Source of the DNA: the human T2T-CHM13v2.0 reference genome, Homo sapiens
DNA length: 64,000 nucleotides
Assembly (NCBI RefSeq): GCF_009914755.1
Contig: NC_060930.1
Strand: one strand, 5' to 3'
Shown: one piece after another, positions 34,123 to 55,671 of the stretch
Position numbering within the stretch: the stretch's first letter is position 1
How the letters are laid out: each line of letters opens with the position of its first letter
Position numbers and translations under genes: made by a program
The notes under the pieces: model-generated
Told to the model about the DNA's origin: nothing
The model's input: only the letters and a program-made list of their open reading frames with translations
Database searches by the model: none

Positions 34123-37100
34123 CAGTAGAGAGTTTTATACAAAGGTGCAGCCAAGAGCCCCAGCTCACCAGGTAAGCCACGCTGGGACCAAAAGCAGGTA
34201 ACCTGGAATCTATAGATTCAAAATGAAAGCCAAGGAGTTAAGAGGGAAGTTGAATCATGGCTAGGCCTACGTTCAGTAAGAAACCAAGAGGCACCCACCT
34301 AAAAGGAACCTCTAAGTGGAAATGAACCTTAGTCAGGGTGCCCAAAGACAGAAACAGAACAGGTTGAAACAGTACCAAGTGTCAAAGACACCAGAGGCAA
34401 TTTGACCTTCGTGTGCTAACCAAAAAGTCCATCTGAGGAAGGAACCTGGGACATCCCATCTGGTCCTATGGAACCAGCATTTGCTTCTAATACAGCTAAG
34501 GAATTGCTGCGGCACATTATACTAATGACAAGTATATTATAATGTGTTCCAATCAAACCTTGTTCTGATTGTTGTAATCAGTACAGTTGAAGGAAAATGT
34601 TTTCTCCTATGCCTTCTCAAGGTTTAATGATGCTCCATGACCTGCCCTGGAACAAGCTTTCCAAGGCACTTCGGTGCCCAGAGATGACCATATTTTTGTG
34701 TATTTAAAATTTATGATAGGAAAGTTTCCTCAGTGTGTTTCTTATGTGGCATTTCCTGGATTAAGGGTCATGAAATAAAATCACCAATAAATTAGGGAAA
34801 ACATAAAACACCATTGGGTACTGTGAAAATGGCCTGGGTCCAAGAACAGCATGCTAAAAAGCAAGCACTTTGCACTCCTTAAACCCTCCTAAGTTTTCAA
34901 CACTTTTTTTTCTGTACTTCTTTAAGGTGAACCTTTAGATATACATCATGGCAAAAACTTTCTGTCCCCTTGGGTCGCTTGATTTCCTTATTTATATACA
35001 GATTTAAGAGCTGGTCGAAATGGGCTGACTACATGACAGGTAGAGCGCCTTTTCAACAAGCTTAACAAGGACCAACACTCCTACATTATACCCACATTAC
35101 ATTCAGATCGAAGCCTGTTGCCCATGTGAACAGATGAGGTGTAAACGGCTTATAAAAATCTTTTTACAGACTTCATTTTTGTGAAAGAACAAGTGTGGAA
35201 TTGTGTATCAGCATTCCGTGTTAAGAAGATAAACATTGCTATTCCTAGATTTACACCTTCAGCTGAAACAGTTTAGCCAGTCTATTCTTTGTGCCCCAGA
35301 CATGCTTTTCTCTACCGCTTTGCCTTTTTTATGGCTTTCTCTCCATATCCAAATTGTAACTATTTGTCAAGGTCAAAGGCAAGTCCCTCTTCCTCGGGGA
35401 AGCCTTCCCAGACCACTCCCTCAATTGGAATCAATCTCTTTCTCTTTCAACATAGATAGCCTCATATACCTCATAAAGACATCAAGAGAAGTTTACCTAT
35501 TATATTTACATCCATCATATTTTGTGTGGTAAATGGGATTTATAACCAGTCCCATCTAGCCCTGATAAAGTGCCTGCTCTGTGAGATAAGTTACATAGCT
35601 CTACCTATCAGAATTTAATAGAGAACATGCCCATTCCCTCTTCCTTTACCCCATCCTGCCACTACTCATGGTCACGCTTAGCACTAAATAGGTATTTAAT
35701 TAATACTAGAAAAATAATGAAATGGGTCAACTAATGAATTGTAAATAATATATAAGTGTACTGTATCAAAAGAAAAATTTCTAAATAAAGACATGGAAAA
35801 ATGTGGTTAGTAGAAGTCCATGTTCAGAAGGAACCTTTCATTATGAGATTATCTCTACACTAGCGCTCTTGGTTCTCTCCCTAAATAATCTACAGGACCA
35901 GAGATACTCCAAACCAGTGCAAGTGAGGATCATGGAGGCTGGGTTGGGTGGGGGGCAGGGATGGTTAAAAGTGCGTTTGGGTCCCAGACCACAGGCTTGT
36001 TATATTAGAATATCCAGGGGTATAGGGGGAAATTGGGAAGGTAGGAGTGAGTATTTTATCATGGACCTAAATTATATCACCAGGATCCATATATAGGTTC
36101 TTCTTCCTCTTGGGTGATTGCAAGTAGCTCCTGGCTCTCTCTTTGTGGCTGTGGCTGCACCAACAAGCCTCTGATCCTTATAGCATTAATCCTAGCACAA
36201 AGAATCTACTTTCGACATTCAGAGTATGTCTGAGATTCACTCTGATTAGCCTTGATATGGTTAGCAAATCCTTTCTCCTAAAACCAATCTTTAGACCTGT
36301 GATAAACCTAAGCCAATTATAAAAATTAATGGTGGCATTAATTTCACTCAAACCCATTCACTGGGAAATTCAGAACCACATTATGAAAGGACAAGGAGAA
36401 ATGAATGCTGGGGAGACAATTAGGAGATATCCACTTGACATGATTGTTATTTTCCTACCAGAAGGTAGGGCAGCGATGTGTTACAATCATCCATCTAAGT
36501 GGTGACTTAGGGTTCTTTATTTATAAAATGATGATATAAGGATACTTATAAAGATGATTTAAAAATCAGCCCAGCCTTTTTACAATCATAATAACTTAAA
36601 ATTAGTTAGACTATTCTATTGACTTTGGAAAAAAATGTAAAGCTATTTACGTGCATTATCACATTTGCTTCTCACTATCTATTAGGAAACGAAAAAATTA
36701 TTTGCCTCATTTGGTAATGAGGAAACTGAGGTCTAAAAAGGTTAAATATTTGCCTAAGTTTACACCTGTGTTTGAGCCAGGATTACAATCCCAGTCTTCT
36801 AACTCCTACTCCAGCGAACTCCTACTTCCCACCTTAATTTTTTGACTGTTCACATTAGAAAAAAAAAATAAAACCTTTCAATCATACAATGGTATTTTTA
36901 TATAAAACTGGTTTCTATAATGGCTAAGGCAAAGTAGAATATTATCTAGTGTCTACCTTTCTGAGAGCTTTGTGTAGCTTGAATTAATCCTTCTGCTTGT
37001 ATCTGAAGTGAATAGCCAGTTTAGAAAGTAAAATTTAAACGACGGTAACTGGTCTGAATGCACACTCTAGGTTTTAATCTCCATGTCTCTGTTGACATGT

Positions 37101-40100
37101 TAAAGCTATGCCAGAGAATCATATGGTGCCTTTTAGATGTCAGACAGAACCAGAGCATCATGATTCACAGCTGGCCAAGGGAAAGCTTGTAGAGGCAACA
37201 AGTTAATCATTCAGTTAAATTTGTCTTCTCTTTTCCATCTGACCCTTTCCTCTTATCTCTGACCCAGTATCCAGACTTTGTATTCCTACAGTATTGGCAA
37301 TAACTTCTGCTGCTCTCTGAGGAAAGCTGGTACTGACCCTGCTCCTTATCCTTTATTCTTCCCTCCCCGATGCCATGCAATTTTACCTCTCCTCCAGGGC
37401 CTTGGAAACAACCTAACTCCTGGCCTCACATTCCTATTACCAACCTGGCATGACTGCCCCCTAGATTTGGAATCTGACTAGCCCTCTTATGCCAGTGCCT
37501 GGAAAAAGCTATTATTGACTGAGTTTTAATTTGGAAAATGCAAATATGCCTCATGTTCGTTTGTTTGAGACAACAGGCAACCTGCGCAGAACTCCTGAGA
37601 CAAAGAACAAATCTAATTTTCATGCCAAGGCACTTGCAATTATCTAGAGATACCTTTCTTGATGCTGTCTTCATAGCTTGTAAACCTCTAGTGGCAATAC
37701 TTGCTCAGAAACAATAATGCACACACTCAAAGGCCTCACACTGTAGAAGCTCCTGTGCTCATTCCAGCAGAGCTTTGCTATTTCATCTATGATCCAGGAT
37801 ATTATGAAGCAGCTGCATGGGAGCTATGCTTTTCATACAATAATAATACAAAAACACTAAAAAATAAAAATAATAAAAAAAAACATTTACAGCCACTACA
37901 TTTGCAGAGAGCTAAACTAGCGTCAGTGCTCAGACCAGCAATCATTCCCCTGCTGTAGCTTGTACTGTCATCAAAAGCATCTTGGTGCTATACTCCCAAC
38001 GCTGTCAGAGGACAGCGGAGGCCTTACTGCATGGGTTTTAGCTGTTTCCTTCAACCAACTCCTACATGTTTCCAAATGTGAGATTGGAGTTATTCTCTTT
38101 TCAGTGTCCGGTCAACCACTAGACAACAAAGTTACAGTCAGTGAATGAGAGAGAGTCAAAGTTAGAATGAGACAAAAAGTTAGGGAGAGAGAGAAGAAGG
38201 AAAGAGAGAAGGAAGGTCAAGAGGAGGGGTGTAGAGAATGCAATGATTTCTTGTGTTTTACAAAATAGTCTGTCTTAAGCCTCCTTCAAACCACAATCTA
38301 AAAGATGGCAGCTCATCCAATTGAAATCACAAAATGACTGTGAGGAAGAGGAAATTTGCAGGACTAGATGAGGAACTTGTTCCTTCCATGTTGTACTATG
38401 TCTATTACTGCTTGTTCCACTATAGAATCTATTAAGAGAAATTTGCCATCTGGAGGATTTAACTATATTTTTGGAAGGTCAGGAGTCTTACTGCCAGAAT
38501 AGATCAGTTTTAAATTTTATGAAATCTGATGACTGTCATTAACAGTTTTATTCCTTCTTTGAAAGATGCTAAAGTTAAGTCAAGGCTAAGAGGTACTCCT
38601 CTGTGGGGATTGATTTTCATTCCTTTTTGGGAGGACTAGCTTCATTCTAGGATTGAATAAGGAAGACTGGTCAGGCCTCCTGTGGCATCAAATGCTTGGT
38701 ACCCAGCAAGCAGAGAAGCCCTATCCTGGGACATAAATATAGGAAGTGAAGTACCCTGACCAATGGGCTCTGACCCCTTCTCTTCACACTGGCTACTTGT
38801 TTTCAAACCTTGTTGCATTTTAAAATTATATGGGAGCTCATTAAAAAATATATATGCCAGGATGCCTCCCAGGAGTGAGCCTGATTGAATAAGCCTGGGA
38901 AGGTCTTAGCATCTATATTTTAACAAGCTCACCAATAATTCTGATACATGCTAAAGTTAGAGCCACTGCTCTAGGCTCACACTTCTCCCAATTCCGTTAA
39001 GTGGGTATGCTATACAATGTCCCTTCATCAAATTGCTTTTCTATGTAAATTGGTGTTTACTTGAAATAATCATGAGAAACTGATTGAAGATGAACAAGCC
39101 TTCAAATAAAGCTGTTTATGAGATACGAATTCTGTTCCAGGTGAACTCTGTTCCAGGTAAACTCAGCCTTTAATCATTGCAGCAGCTAACAACTACAAGA
39201 ACACAAAGGGGGACAAAATACTAAATAGAACTCTGAAAACCCAACACAAATACTGAATTACATTGGCCACATCTCTCAAACCCTTAGTCCAAAACAAAAA
39301 TGTCATTTATTGAGGCTGTTTTTGTATTTTCCCATTGACCATAGAAATATCACGTAAGCCTATTGCAACATTTGCCCTAGCAGGGGAGAAAAGTCTATTT
39401 TCTTCATTTTTGTCACTCTGAAGGGTATTTATATGCAACCAAAATTGTTGCTACTGAATAGCTTTAGAGGAGTTGCTGCTTTTAAACTGCTGTTGTCAAA
39501 ATTTCCCACAAAGAAATCTATTTTAGTTGATTTTTATGGTAACACTATGCTTTTTTGTCTTTAACCTGTGACATTATAAGTATCTTTCTAGGGTGAAGCA
39601 CATGTTTTTTGTAATCAGGGGAGTGAACTTTTGTTTCCATAGCTTTGTGTTTTAAGTATTAAATTGTCCTGTATTGGGTGATATAAAGTGTTAGTTTCAG
39701 TTTAACCAATAGTTAGCCCTGTGCTGATGAAATACATTTGTCTGGGTTCTTTGGTATGTAAACTAGGATATAAGTTTCTAGAATACCTCCAGTGCAATAG
39801 GATAGTTCCTAGATGACATGTGACATTTTGAGTGGGAGGAAGTTTCCAGGGAATTAAAAATATATCGTACCAACTGCTTTTGAATATCTTATGATCTACT
39901 TTAACATTGCTAGGTTAACTTGATAAAATTAAACTTACTTGACAGTTGGCCTCTGAGTAGAATATGGCTTTATCGGCTCTGGGCAAACCAAATCATCACA
40001 TAATAATCTCTGCCAAAATGCATGCCCTTATTTGTAATCAAATGGCTTATCAACTGATAAATATCTTTCAGATGACATGTATGTTGCTTATTTTTCTGGG

Positions 40101-40577
40101 CAAAAGTAACATGTCTGTTCATATTGTATTATTTACTATGGCTCATGAATGCTGTCACTGTAAGACAGTTAAAATCAAGCATTATTGGTAATACCTGAAA
40201 TGGTAAAGATTATTTTATTTGATGCTGCGTTCCCCTCCAGTTTCTTCAAACCTTTTTCTTTCTATGACAAAGTAATGGGAATTGACCTTCTTTCTTTGAA
40301 GACCAATATAACTCTCTTATTTTCCTTAATTATATTTTCAATTATAATTTCCTCACTCCCTCCTGGAAGCCTTAGTCTGTGGATGCTTCTTTTGACTCCT
40401 GGTATTGCCTTGGTGTCACTACCATTGTCCTTTATATTCCAAGATCATAAATAACTGCCTCTTGTTGGATTTTTTTAAAAAGGAAAGTTGCTGTTACTTC
40501 CCAAATTATTTTTCCTGGAATAAACACTAATGTTCTATAATGCTTTTCACATCAAATTAAGTAGTGATTATTCGAAG

Positions 40578-41148
40578 GCGAGAGTTATTTATTGCTGCAT
40601 ATCAAATTATTCTAAAACAGAGCAGTTTAAAACAAGATACGCTTATTACCTCATTCAGTTTTTGTGGGGCTGCAATCTGACAGCAGCTTATCTGAGTGAT
40701 TCTGGATCAGAGTCTCATGATGTCACAGTCAAGATGTCAACTGGAGCTGCATTACCTAATGGCTTGATGGGAACTGGAGGACTTACTTCCTGCATGGTTC
40801 ACTCATGTGGCTGGCAGGTTAATACTGGCTATGGGCAGGAGGCCTCAGTTCCTTACTACATGAACTTCCCTATACAGCTACTTGAGTAGCCTCATCATGC
40901 AGTGACTGGCTTCACTTAGAACAAGTGTTATAAGACAGAGTAAGGTGGAAGCCACATGTCTTTTATAACCTAGCTTGGAAGTCACACATCATATATCTTT
41001 ATTTCTGCAATATCTTATTTGTTATACAAGTCAGCTCTTCTTAATATGAAAAATGAGTAAAGAAAGGTATGAATACCAAGAAGTGAGATTCACTGGATTC
41101 ATTGAACCAGTAAAATTCATTGTTCATCTTGGAAGCTAGCTACTATAA
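40578..41148 (-). mobile_element. MLT1-type MaLR solo LTR
   Basis: TTATTGCTGCATATCAAATTA...AAAACAA, TCTCATGATGTCACAGTCAAGATG, TTTTATAACCTAGCTTGGAAGTCACA. Confidence 0.65.
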
Positions 41149-41436
41149 GACTTCCTAACTCAATTTGTTTTTTCTTCCTTTAAGAACCTGAGAAAGATAC
41201 TTTCGAGTTTTGAGGATGAGAGAATGTTTGAATGGCACAAAATTGTATTTTCAAGCAATTAAGGTGTTACTTAGGAAGAAACACAAGTTTGTGAAAGCTT
41301 TTCTTTAGTAGGTTTACCTTCATGTTCACCCAGAGCACAAAACAGGAGGCTAGATACTCACTTGCTGCTGCTACCTACAACCTAGTGCTCTTTCCCTGAA
41401 TCTGCTGAACTGTTTCCCTTTGAAATAAAGGTATTG

Positions 41437-48090
<6,654 letters not shown>

Positions 48091-48129
48091 AAGATAGAAA
48101 GGCATTGAGTCCTATTCAAAACACAAGTT

Positions 48130-48312
48130 GGCTGGGCACAGTGACTTATTTCCTGTAATCCCAACACTTTGAGATGCTGTGGCAGGAGGATTGCTTAAGT
48201 CAAGAAGGTTGACAATGCAGTAAGCCATGATTATGCCACTGCACTCCAGCCTGGATGACACAGCAAGACTCTGTTTCAGAAAAATAAATAAACAACAACA
48301 ATAAAAAAAAAA
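48130..48312 (+). mobile_element. Monomeric Alu (FAM/FRAM-like)
   Basis: A single ~150-nt arm plus an A-rich tail. Confidence 0.75.
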
Positions 48313-48599
48313 CAGAAGTCCTAGCAATCTACCCTACTTTCCATGAATATTCAGATCTGAACCCATCTGTTAGTCTCTTTCTGTTGAAAAAGATAAAGTT
48401 GTTTATATTATCACTAACATTCCTTAACTCTTGAAACATCAGAGTAACTTAAATGTGTGTCAGTCAAATAGGTGAATAAGAATTACAATGAAATGCTATG
48501 GGTATTCAGGTAACATACGGTTTGGGTATTGGACCATGGCTCAGTTTGTGTCCCTGTGGACAAAGAAAGGAAAAAAAGATTAAGGACAGTCAAAGGATA

Positions 48600-50648
48600 T
48601 CAATGGTGAAATACTAAAAGCAATTCCATTTTAGTTTGGGTACAGGAAAAGAATATCTGCTATTGTCGCTTCTGTTCAAATTGTACTGGGGAAACTAGCC
48701 AGTCCAATAAGGCAAGACAAAGAAAGAAAAAATGTAAGATTGGAAAGCAAAGAAAGAAATTGTTCAATATTTGCATGAAACAATACTACACAGCTACAAA
48801 ACCAAAGAATTTATAGACCATTAGTGTTAATGAGCTGGATACAAGGCTATATAAAAAATAATTAAGTATACCTCTATATATTAGAAACAAAACATAGAAT
48901 ACGCAATTTAAAAGTAACACAATTTATAATATAATTAAAGTCACCAACAATCTATAAATGCAATGAAATCCCAATAAAATCATGGCAGTTGTATTTGTGT
49001 AAATTGACAAATGCAAAGGGCCAAGAATAGCCACCAAGTAATCTTGAAGGAAAAGAACAAGGCTGGAAGATTTACACTCCCAGATTAAAAGTCTGTTATA
49101 AAGCTGTAGTAATTGAAACAGGGTAACATTAGTACAAGAATAAACAATTGATCTTGGAAAAGAAAAAAAGAGTCTGGAAACAGACCCATATATATATATG
49201 GTCACCTTAGTTTTGATAAGAGCAGCTTTCCAGTGCAGTGGGAAAAGAATGATTCTTTTAATAAATGAGAAAAATATCTGGATCCCTACCTCAGACCTTA
49301 TACAAAAATCAATTTTGGGGTATTCTAGATATAAAAGCAAAATAGCAAAGCTTTTAAATGATCTTGAAGGAAAAATTTCTTTACTATAACACACAAAGCA
49401 GTACCTGTACATAAAACAATAAAATTTGGACTATGCTAAAATATAAAACTTTTGTATTTCAAAAGACACCATTAAGGGAATGAAAAAGCAACCCCCAAAT
49501 TTTCTAAAGATAACTGCAAGAGGTATATCCAACTACAACACAAAGAAACACTCTATTCACAATATGTTTAAAAAATTAGTTTTTAAAAAAACCACTACAA
49601 AATCAATAAAACCACTACAAATCAATAAGAAATGAAAGAAAGCCCAACAGAAATAAAAGACAATATACTTCACATAAAGAGTATCAAATGTTCAATAACC
49701 ATATGAAAAGAAATATCCCTGCTGGTCATCAAGGAAATTAAAATTCAAATCAAAATGTGATACCACTACACACACCAAAATGGCTAGAATGAAAAATTTA
49801 GAAAACACCAAGTTTTGGCAAGTATTTGAAGTAACCAGAGTCCCATACCTGCTGGAGGGAATATAAAACAGAAAAACTAATTTGGAAAATTCTTTGGCAG
49901 ACTGTACTAAAACTGAGCATGTGTATACCAATGACTCTGAATACCATTTCTAGGGATATGTCCAACTCAGACACCTGCATAGGTTTACCAAAAGACATGT
50001 AGTGAATATTAATGACAGCACCATTCATAAAAGCCAGAAATTGAAAATTACTCATACACCCATCAACAATATAAAAGATATATAATTTGTGGTACATTCA
50101 CATAATGAAACACTGTACATAACTGAGAATAAACATGCAACTACCCTCACCAATATAATTTAATAGCATGCCAGAGCTGACTTACCCCCACTAGCAAGAA
50201 CTGTTAGCATCTCTTCCTAATCTGCGTTCAATGATGTCAAGTTGGCATCTTGAAATCAGCCATGGTGGGTGTATTTGTGCCACAGAAACCAGCAAATGCT
50301 ACAAAGTAGGCGTTTTCTTCCCCCAAAGAGCTGGTTTACCAGCATACCACTGGTGCATTTCACAAGCATAATGAGAGTTAAAGAGTCTATTCACCAACAA
50401 AGCACATACTATGAAATTCAAAATAGAATTATAAAGTATTGATAGAAATCAATGTTAGAAATCAGGACAGTGGGTATCCTTGGGGAGAGTAGTAACTGGA
50501 AGGTAGCACAAAAAGTCTTCTAGAGCGTTGGCAGTGACCTGGTTTTTATTGTAACCTGGGGATCTAGTTAAACAGGTATGTAAAATTCAATCATTTTGTT
50601 TATGATATGTGCACTCTTATGTATATATATTATACTTCAATAAAAATA
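48600..50648 (+). mobile_element. Ancient L1ME-like ORF2/3' remnant
   Basis: Degenerate ORF2 motifs (AAGAACAAGGCTGGAAGATTTACACTCCCAGAT) and terminus TATACTTCAATAAAA. Confidence 0.6.
50161..50352. mobile_element. MER63-like hAT MITE nested in L1ME
   Basis: ...TGAAATCAGCCATGGTGGGTGTATTT...AAATGCTACAAA...GGTTTACCAGCATACCACTG. Confidence 0.55.
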
Positions 50649-50694
50649 TGGCATTGTTCAATCAATGGAATACCTGCCGATTTCAAAACTGTTG

Positions 50695-50900
50695 ACCATT
50701 AGTCAACAAACTTTTTCTCTAAGTGATCAAATAGTGAATATTTTAGGCTTTGTGGGAGATGCAGTTACAGTCACAGCTACTCAATACTGCTATTGTAGCA
50801 AAAGCAGCCACAACCAATATGTAAACTAATGAGCGTTACTGTGTTCCAATAAAACTTTATTTAGATTTTACTTGCAGGCCTTAGTTAGCCAATCCTTGTG
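50695..50900. mobile_element. MER58A-like hAT MITE
   Basis: AATAGTGAATATTTTAGGCTTTGTGGG...TGTGTTCCAATAAAACTTTATTTA. Confidence 0.7.
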
Positions 50901-52955
50901 CTAATTGATATCTAATTAAATTTGGCATACCCAGTTAGAAAACGTCCTCACAATGATCTAATTCAACCTCTTTAATTTATGGAAAAAGGCAACAGATCCT
51001 CAGAGAGCACAAGTGAGCTGCCTACATCACAGCTACCTGGGTGAGACTTCTGACTTCTCAGACAACAGCTTCTCCAGATTTCCAGACCTTTCATTTGCAC
51101 TTTTCTAATAGTCTATATTTTATACATCAAGGATCAATAAACCTTTTATATTTGTAGGGAAAATTTTAAAGTGGTTCTAAGTATTTTCCTGTTTGTCTGG
51201 CACCAGGTAAAATATGAATTACAAAATTGCATATGCTAAACTTAGGTATTTTGTCCCTGTGCCAATGTTGTGAAAGAATAGGTATGTTTTACAAGAACAA
51301 GGAAAAGAAGCATCATTCCCAGAGATACTGTTTTCATAGCCACCCACTACCTAGAAGTTATTCATGTCCAAAATTAGGAAGAGAAAATTAAAGTCCTTTC
51401 CTTTAATCCTTTTTGGCTGACACCAAAAAGAAATGGTGAGAACTATTGGGTTCCAGCTGTCCTAACTGACCAGAACGTTGTGACCATCAAAGGGTCCCCA
51501 CATGTAGGTAGAGCAAATGGTCATTGCAGTAGATTTCAGCAAGTTGGGAAAGAGAGGAGGCATCGACGATTACAGACCTTGTGGTCATACCATCTAAAGG
51601 GGCTTTCTTGGGTAGACTTCCAGGAAAAGTTAAGATGCAAAGAGCAGCACAAGATGAAAGCCCAGTAGTTTAGTGTCACTTAAGAAAACCGATCCTAGCA
51701 AAGATTAATGCAGAGTTCTAAGTGAATGCATAAAAGATTTTTACGGGTATATGGAGAGGAATGTCTCCCATTCAGAAGCCTAATGCAAAGCACAAGAGTG
51801 CAAATGTGGAGAGACAAAGAGATGAAATTCAAATGAATTTCAGAAAGAGTAAAAGCAGATGCTGTTCTTAAGTTACGCAGCTTAATACACTGGGAACTAG
51901 ACTTCAGGAAGTGCAAAGGCATCCAGAGGCCTGGAACCATTAAGTTTAAATGAACTATTGTAGTAGAAGATGCCTTGTTTGTTCATTCATTGCATTGAGC
52001 ACCACTGCATACTAGGCATGTGAAAAAAAAAAGTATGATCTGCATGGAAAGGACCACATTAACAAAATGAGAACTTGGTTCAGCACTGCCCCTGCTTCTA
52101 GTCACAAACAGTAGAAAAATACACCTATTACTTGTTAAAAGTGGAGAACAAATAAGAATTTCATCTGTGTGTCCCACATTTTTGCCATGTTATTTAAGTG
52201 CCCATGCTCAATGTGTGGGGAAAACACCACAGATTTACTTCATCATAATGCCAAGGGCAAGGGAAATGTTTATTTATTTTGTCTATTACTGCTCTGATTT
52301 TCCTTAGGCATTCCCACTGCCTAGGAGGCAGGGGATAAGATAACAAACGTCCAACTAGTTTATAAACTTGAGTGATAAAATTAAACAGTCCCTTTAGGTC
52401 ATGATTAGTTTGGAGGAATACTGCTCAGTCTCTTAGTTCTGTACTCTTCTCTTTAAGATGGAGTTAGGGATATGTAAGGAAGGGGTTGGTGTGATCCTGT
52501 GGGTAGAGGGAAGACTCAGCTGATTCATGCAGCATCACCTGGGTTTTGGATGGCTCTGGCTGCAGTGTTTGGTCTGTATCCCTGAGTGTGCATTCTGCAC
52601 CTCTGTGGGTAATGTCTACTTCCTTTTGTCTGGGATCTACTCTTTCTCAGCTCAATGGCCTCACTCCGTGGGCTCAGTCTCCCCTTCCTGCTGAGTCTCT
52701 GCTGTATGTGCCAGTTGGCCTGGTTGCTCTCAAGCCAACTTCTGAAGCAGAGGGTCACCTTGCTCTTGCTCCAGCAGAGCCCGTGGTGGGTTTTCTGGCT
52801 CTCAACATAGTGCCCTGTGTGACTGGCACGTCGGACACACTGGTCTCACAGGAGGTTAATTCATGGGAAGAAACCTGATACTCTTTATTAAAGGTTGATT
52901 TTTCTTTCTTCCTCCAGTTTGGGCCTATGGCAATAGGCTGGACTCCTGAGGAGAA

Positions 52956-53317
52956 TGATATGGTTTGGCTGTGTCCCCATCCAAATCTCATCTTGAATTG
53001 TAGCTTCTATAATTCCCACATGCTGTGGGAGGGACCCGGTGGGAAATAATTGAATCATGGAGGCAGTTTGCCCCATACTGGTCTCATGGTAGTGAATAAA
53101 TCTCACAAGATCTAATGGTTTTATAAGGGGAAGCCACTTTCACTTGGTTCTCTGTCTTTCTTGTCTGCCACCATGTAAGACATGACTTTCACCTTTGGCC
53201 ATGATTATGAGGCCTCTCCAGCCACATGGAACTGTGATTCCTTTTAACCTCTTTTTCTTTATAAATTACTCAGTCTCAGGTATGTCTTTATCAGCACCAT
53301 GAAAACAGACTAATACA
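52956..53317 (+). mobile_element. THE1 (C/D-like) MaLR solo LTR
   Basis: TGATATGGTTTGGCTGTGTCCCC...AACAGACTAATACA termini; flanks GAGAA / GAGAG (4/5 match). Confidence 0.9.
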
Positions 53318-55671
53318 GAGAGAAGCAGTGTGTGATTGGTTGCCTCCTTTATTCCCTCTCTTAGGCTTCTTCTTCTTCCTTCCATCCACTGGGCTGTGGA
53401 ATAAAGAAGAGGAAGAAAAGGAAGGGCAGATGCATCTTTTTTGGCTGGCACTGATGTCATCTGGCACTAGTTTTCTCTGGCCGCAGCAGATGTTTTAGCC
53501 TCTTATGGGCACTTCTGTCCTCCTAATTCTTCAGCTGGCCCCTCTGAGTGCAGCCCTTCCACTCAGGTAGGGCCCCTGCCTTGCTGCTTCCTTGGCTTCC
53601 TATACATCAGCACATCTTTAGTTCTTCCTGCCACAGATGTCTTGCCCCACGGAAGAGGCCCTCCTGAGCTTTATCCCTTTTAAAATAGCCCCTGGCCAAT
53701 GTTTCTACTGCAAGACCCACATCTGGTTTTAACGAATCAGAGCCCTTGATCATCTCTCAGTGAGGGTACAGTTGGCTCCCCAGAGCAGCCCTATCTACTT
53801 ATTGGCCTCTTCAGGCAGCTGCTTAGCATTTTTCAAGCTTGAAACAGAAGTCTACTGTGTCCCCCAAACTCTCTGGGGAAAGTTTAAACTGAATTTAGCC
53901 ACTTTATTGTTGACATTATCATTTTTTATTTTGAAACTATGTAAAACCAAACCAGCTCTAACTGAGCCTCAATGTTTCCTTCCCTTGAAGCATCCCACCG
54001 GATACTCAGCTGAGGGAAGCCTCCTTCCTGGATGTGGTGGCTGAGAGATAGTTCCCCCAGCTGGAGTATGTTTGTTGGTTCTTTGATACTCGTGTTGTAG
54101 CCCTCATCATGTTATATAATTGTCTATGTGTGTGTCTGTCTACCCCACTAAACTCTCAGTACCCAGAGGACACAGACTTCATCAGCAGATGAAATGATTC
54201 ACCATCATTTCCAGAAAATAGCATATGTATCCTCAATGGAGGTGATATCACCTCCAAAGGGGGTAAAGAAACTTTGACAATACAACAGCTTATAATCTTC
54301 CAAAAGATGCAAATCTATATACAGACACACAGTATATCTGTGGTCCTAAAATTTCATGGGAAAGGAGAACAATCAGGAAGATAATGTTGATAATGAAAAA
54401 AGGTTGACAAACACTGACCTATCACAATATAGACAACAATAAATATGCATTTTTAAGTGCATAAATGAATGAATGAACCTAGCCCTGATCACAGTAATTT
54501 TTCCTTTTAGTGCTTTCTGGTGGTTTTTCATGGGTCCAATGGTTCATTCTCTAAAGCCATCTCCTACTCCTTTACACAACCACGAATTTGGTGTGTATTA
54601 CTGCAAAAGCATCAAGCCAAGATGAAACAGCCTTTTGATTTATTAGTCTAGGTGGAGCCCATGACATCTCTTTTATGAATACCTCCTATTTAGTGTCTTT
54701 GTTCTCAAGAGTGTAAAGGCATCCAACCATGTTGGCTTATAGTTATAATGTAGTTTGCTATAACCTGTGTCACCCTCTGAAAAGTTTCACTAGTAGCATT
54801 GACAATTCAGATATGAGTGTGATTTTTTCTTTTAATTTTTCAGTATTGCCAAATTAATTCTTTTCAAAAGGGAAAGTGTTTGAGCAATGTCTATGTATGT
54901 GAATATATGTTTTATATGCATAGGCACTTGTAAACATTTATCTATATAAACTCTAGGTAAACTTTGACCTAATATTACCCATAGACATATACAATCATTA
55001 AAAATAAATAACAGTCACAAAGTAGTACATTGATAATGTTATAATTCTTATAAATAATAAATATTTAGAAAACAAAATGATCAATAATTTCCTGAGATGA
55101 TATTATGTAGAGATCAGTAGATCATATATTAGAAGACAAATTGGAACCAAGTTTAATATCAGTTAAGAAATTATTGAACACATTTTATTTCAGAAACAAA
55201 GAAAAAAGAGTAATGATACTTAAACTATGAATGACTTTGTTCAGTTTGAGACACCACAGCTATTGTATAAAAATGATATTAGCCTAGTTTTATAAGTTGA
55301 TAAATTAAGGTTCTGAAAAAATTAAGTGATTTTCCTAAGGTCCCAGTATGAGGGAATAGCAAAAAAGTAGATTAAAATTTAGGGACCTGTGCTTTTCTGT
55401 CTCAGAAGTGAATTTTCCAATCTTTTATGTAGATTTATTCCAAACTAAAACTTAAGAAAAGTGCAGTTATTGTAACAACCTGGAGGAATTACATTAAAAT
55501 TTGTAACTGAGATTGACCTTGATTCATTCACATATGTCCACTCCACATTCAGGTAGCAGCATTCATTGTCTGAAGAAAGGAGTGATGCAGCAGAATATGG
55601 AAACCAATTCTTGACTTAAAAATTTTAAAATAATTTAGTGCATAGAAAAAGTTTTAATGAATGAAGAATAT

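Noticed and set aside
34985-35046. Possible micro-exon (TACAG|...ACAG|GTAGAG)
   Set aside because: The splice signals are weak, there are no partner exons, and such matches are expected by chance.
49588-49629. 20-bp tandem duplication AAAACCACTACAAAATCAAT
   Set aside because: Ordinary slippage inside an old L1 relic.
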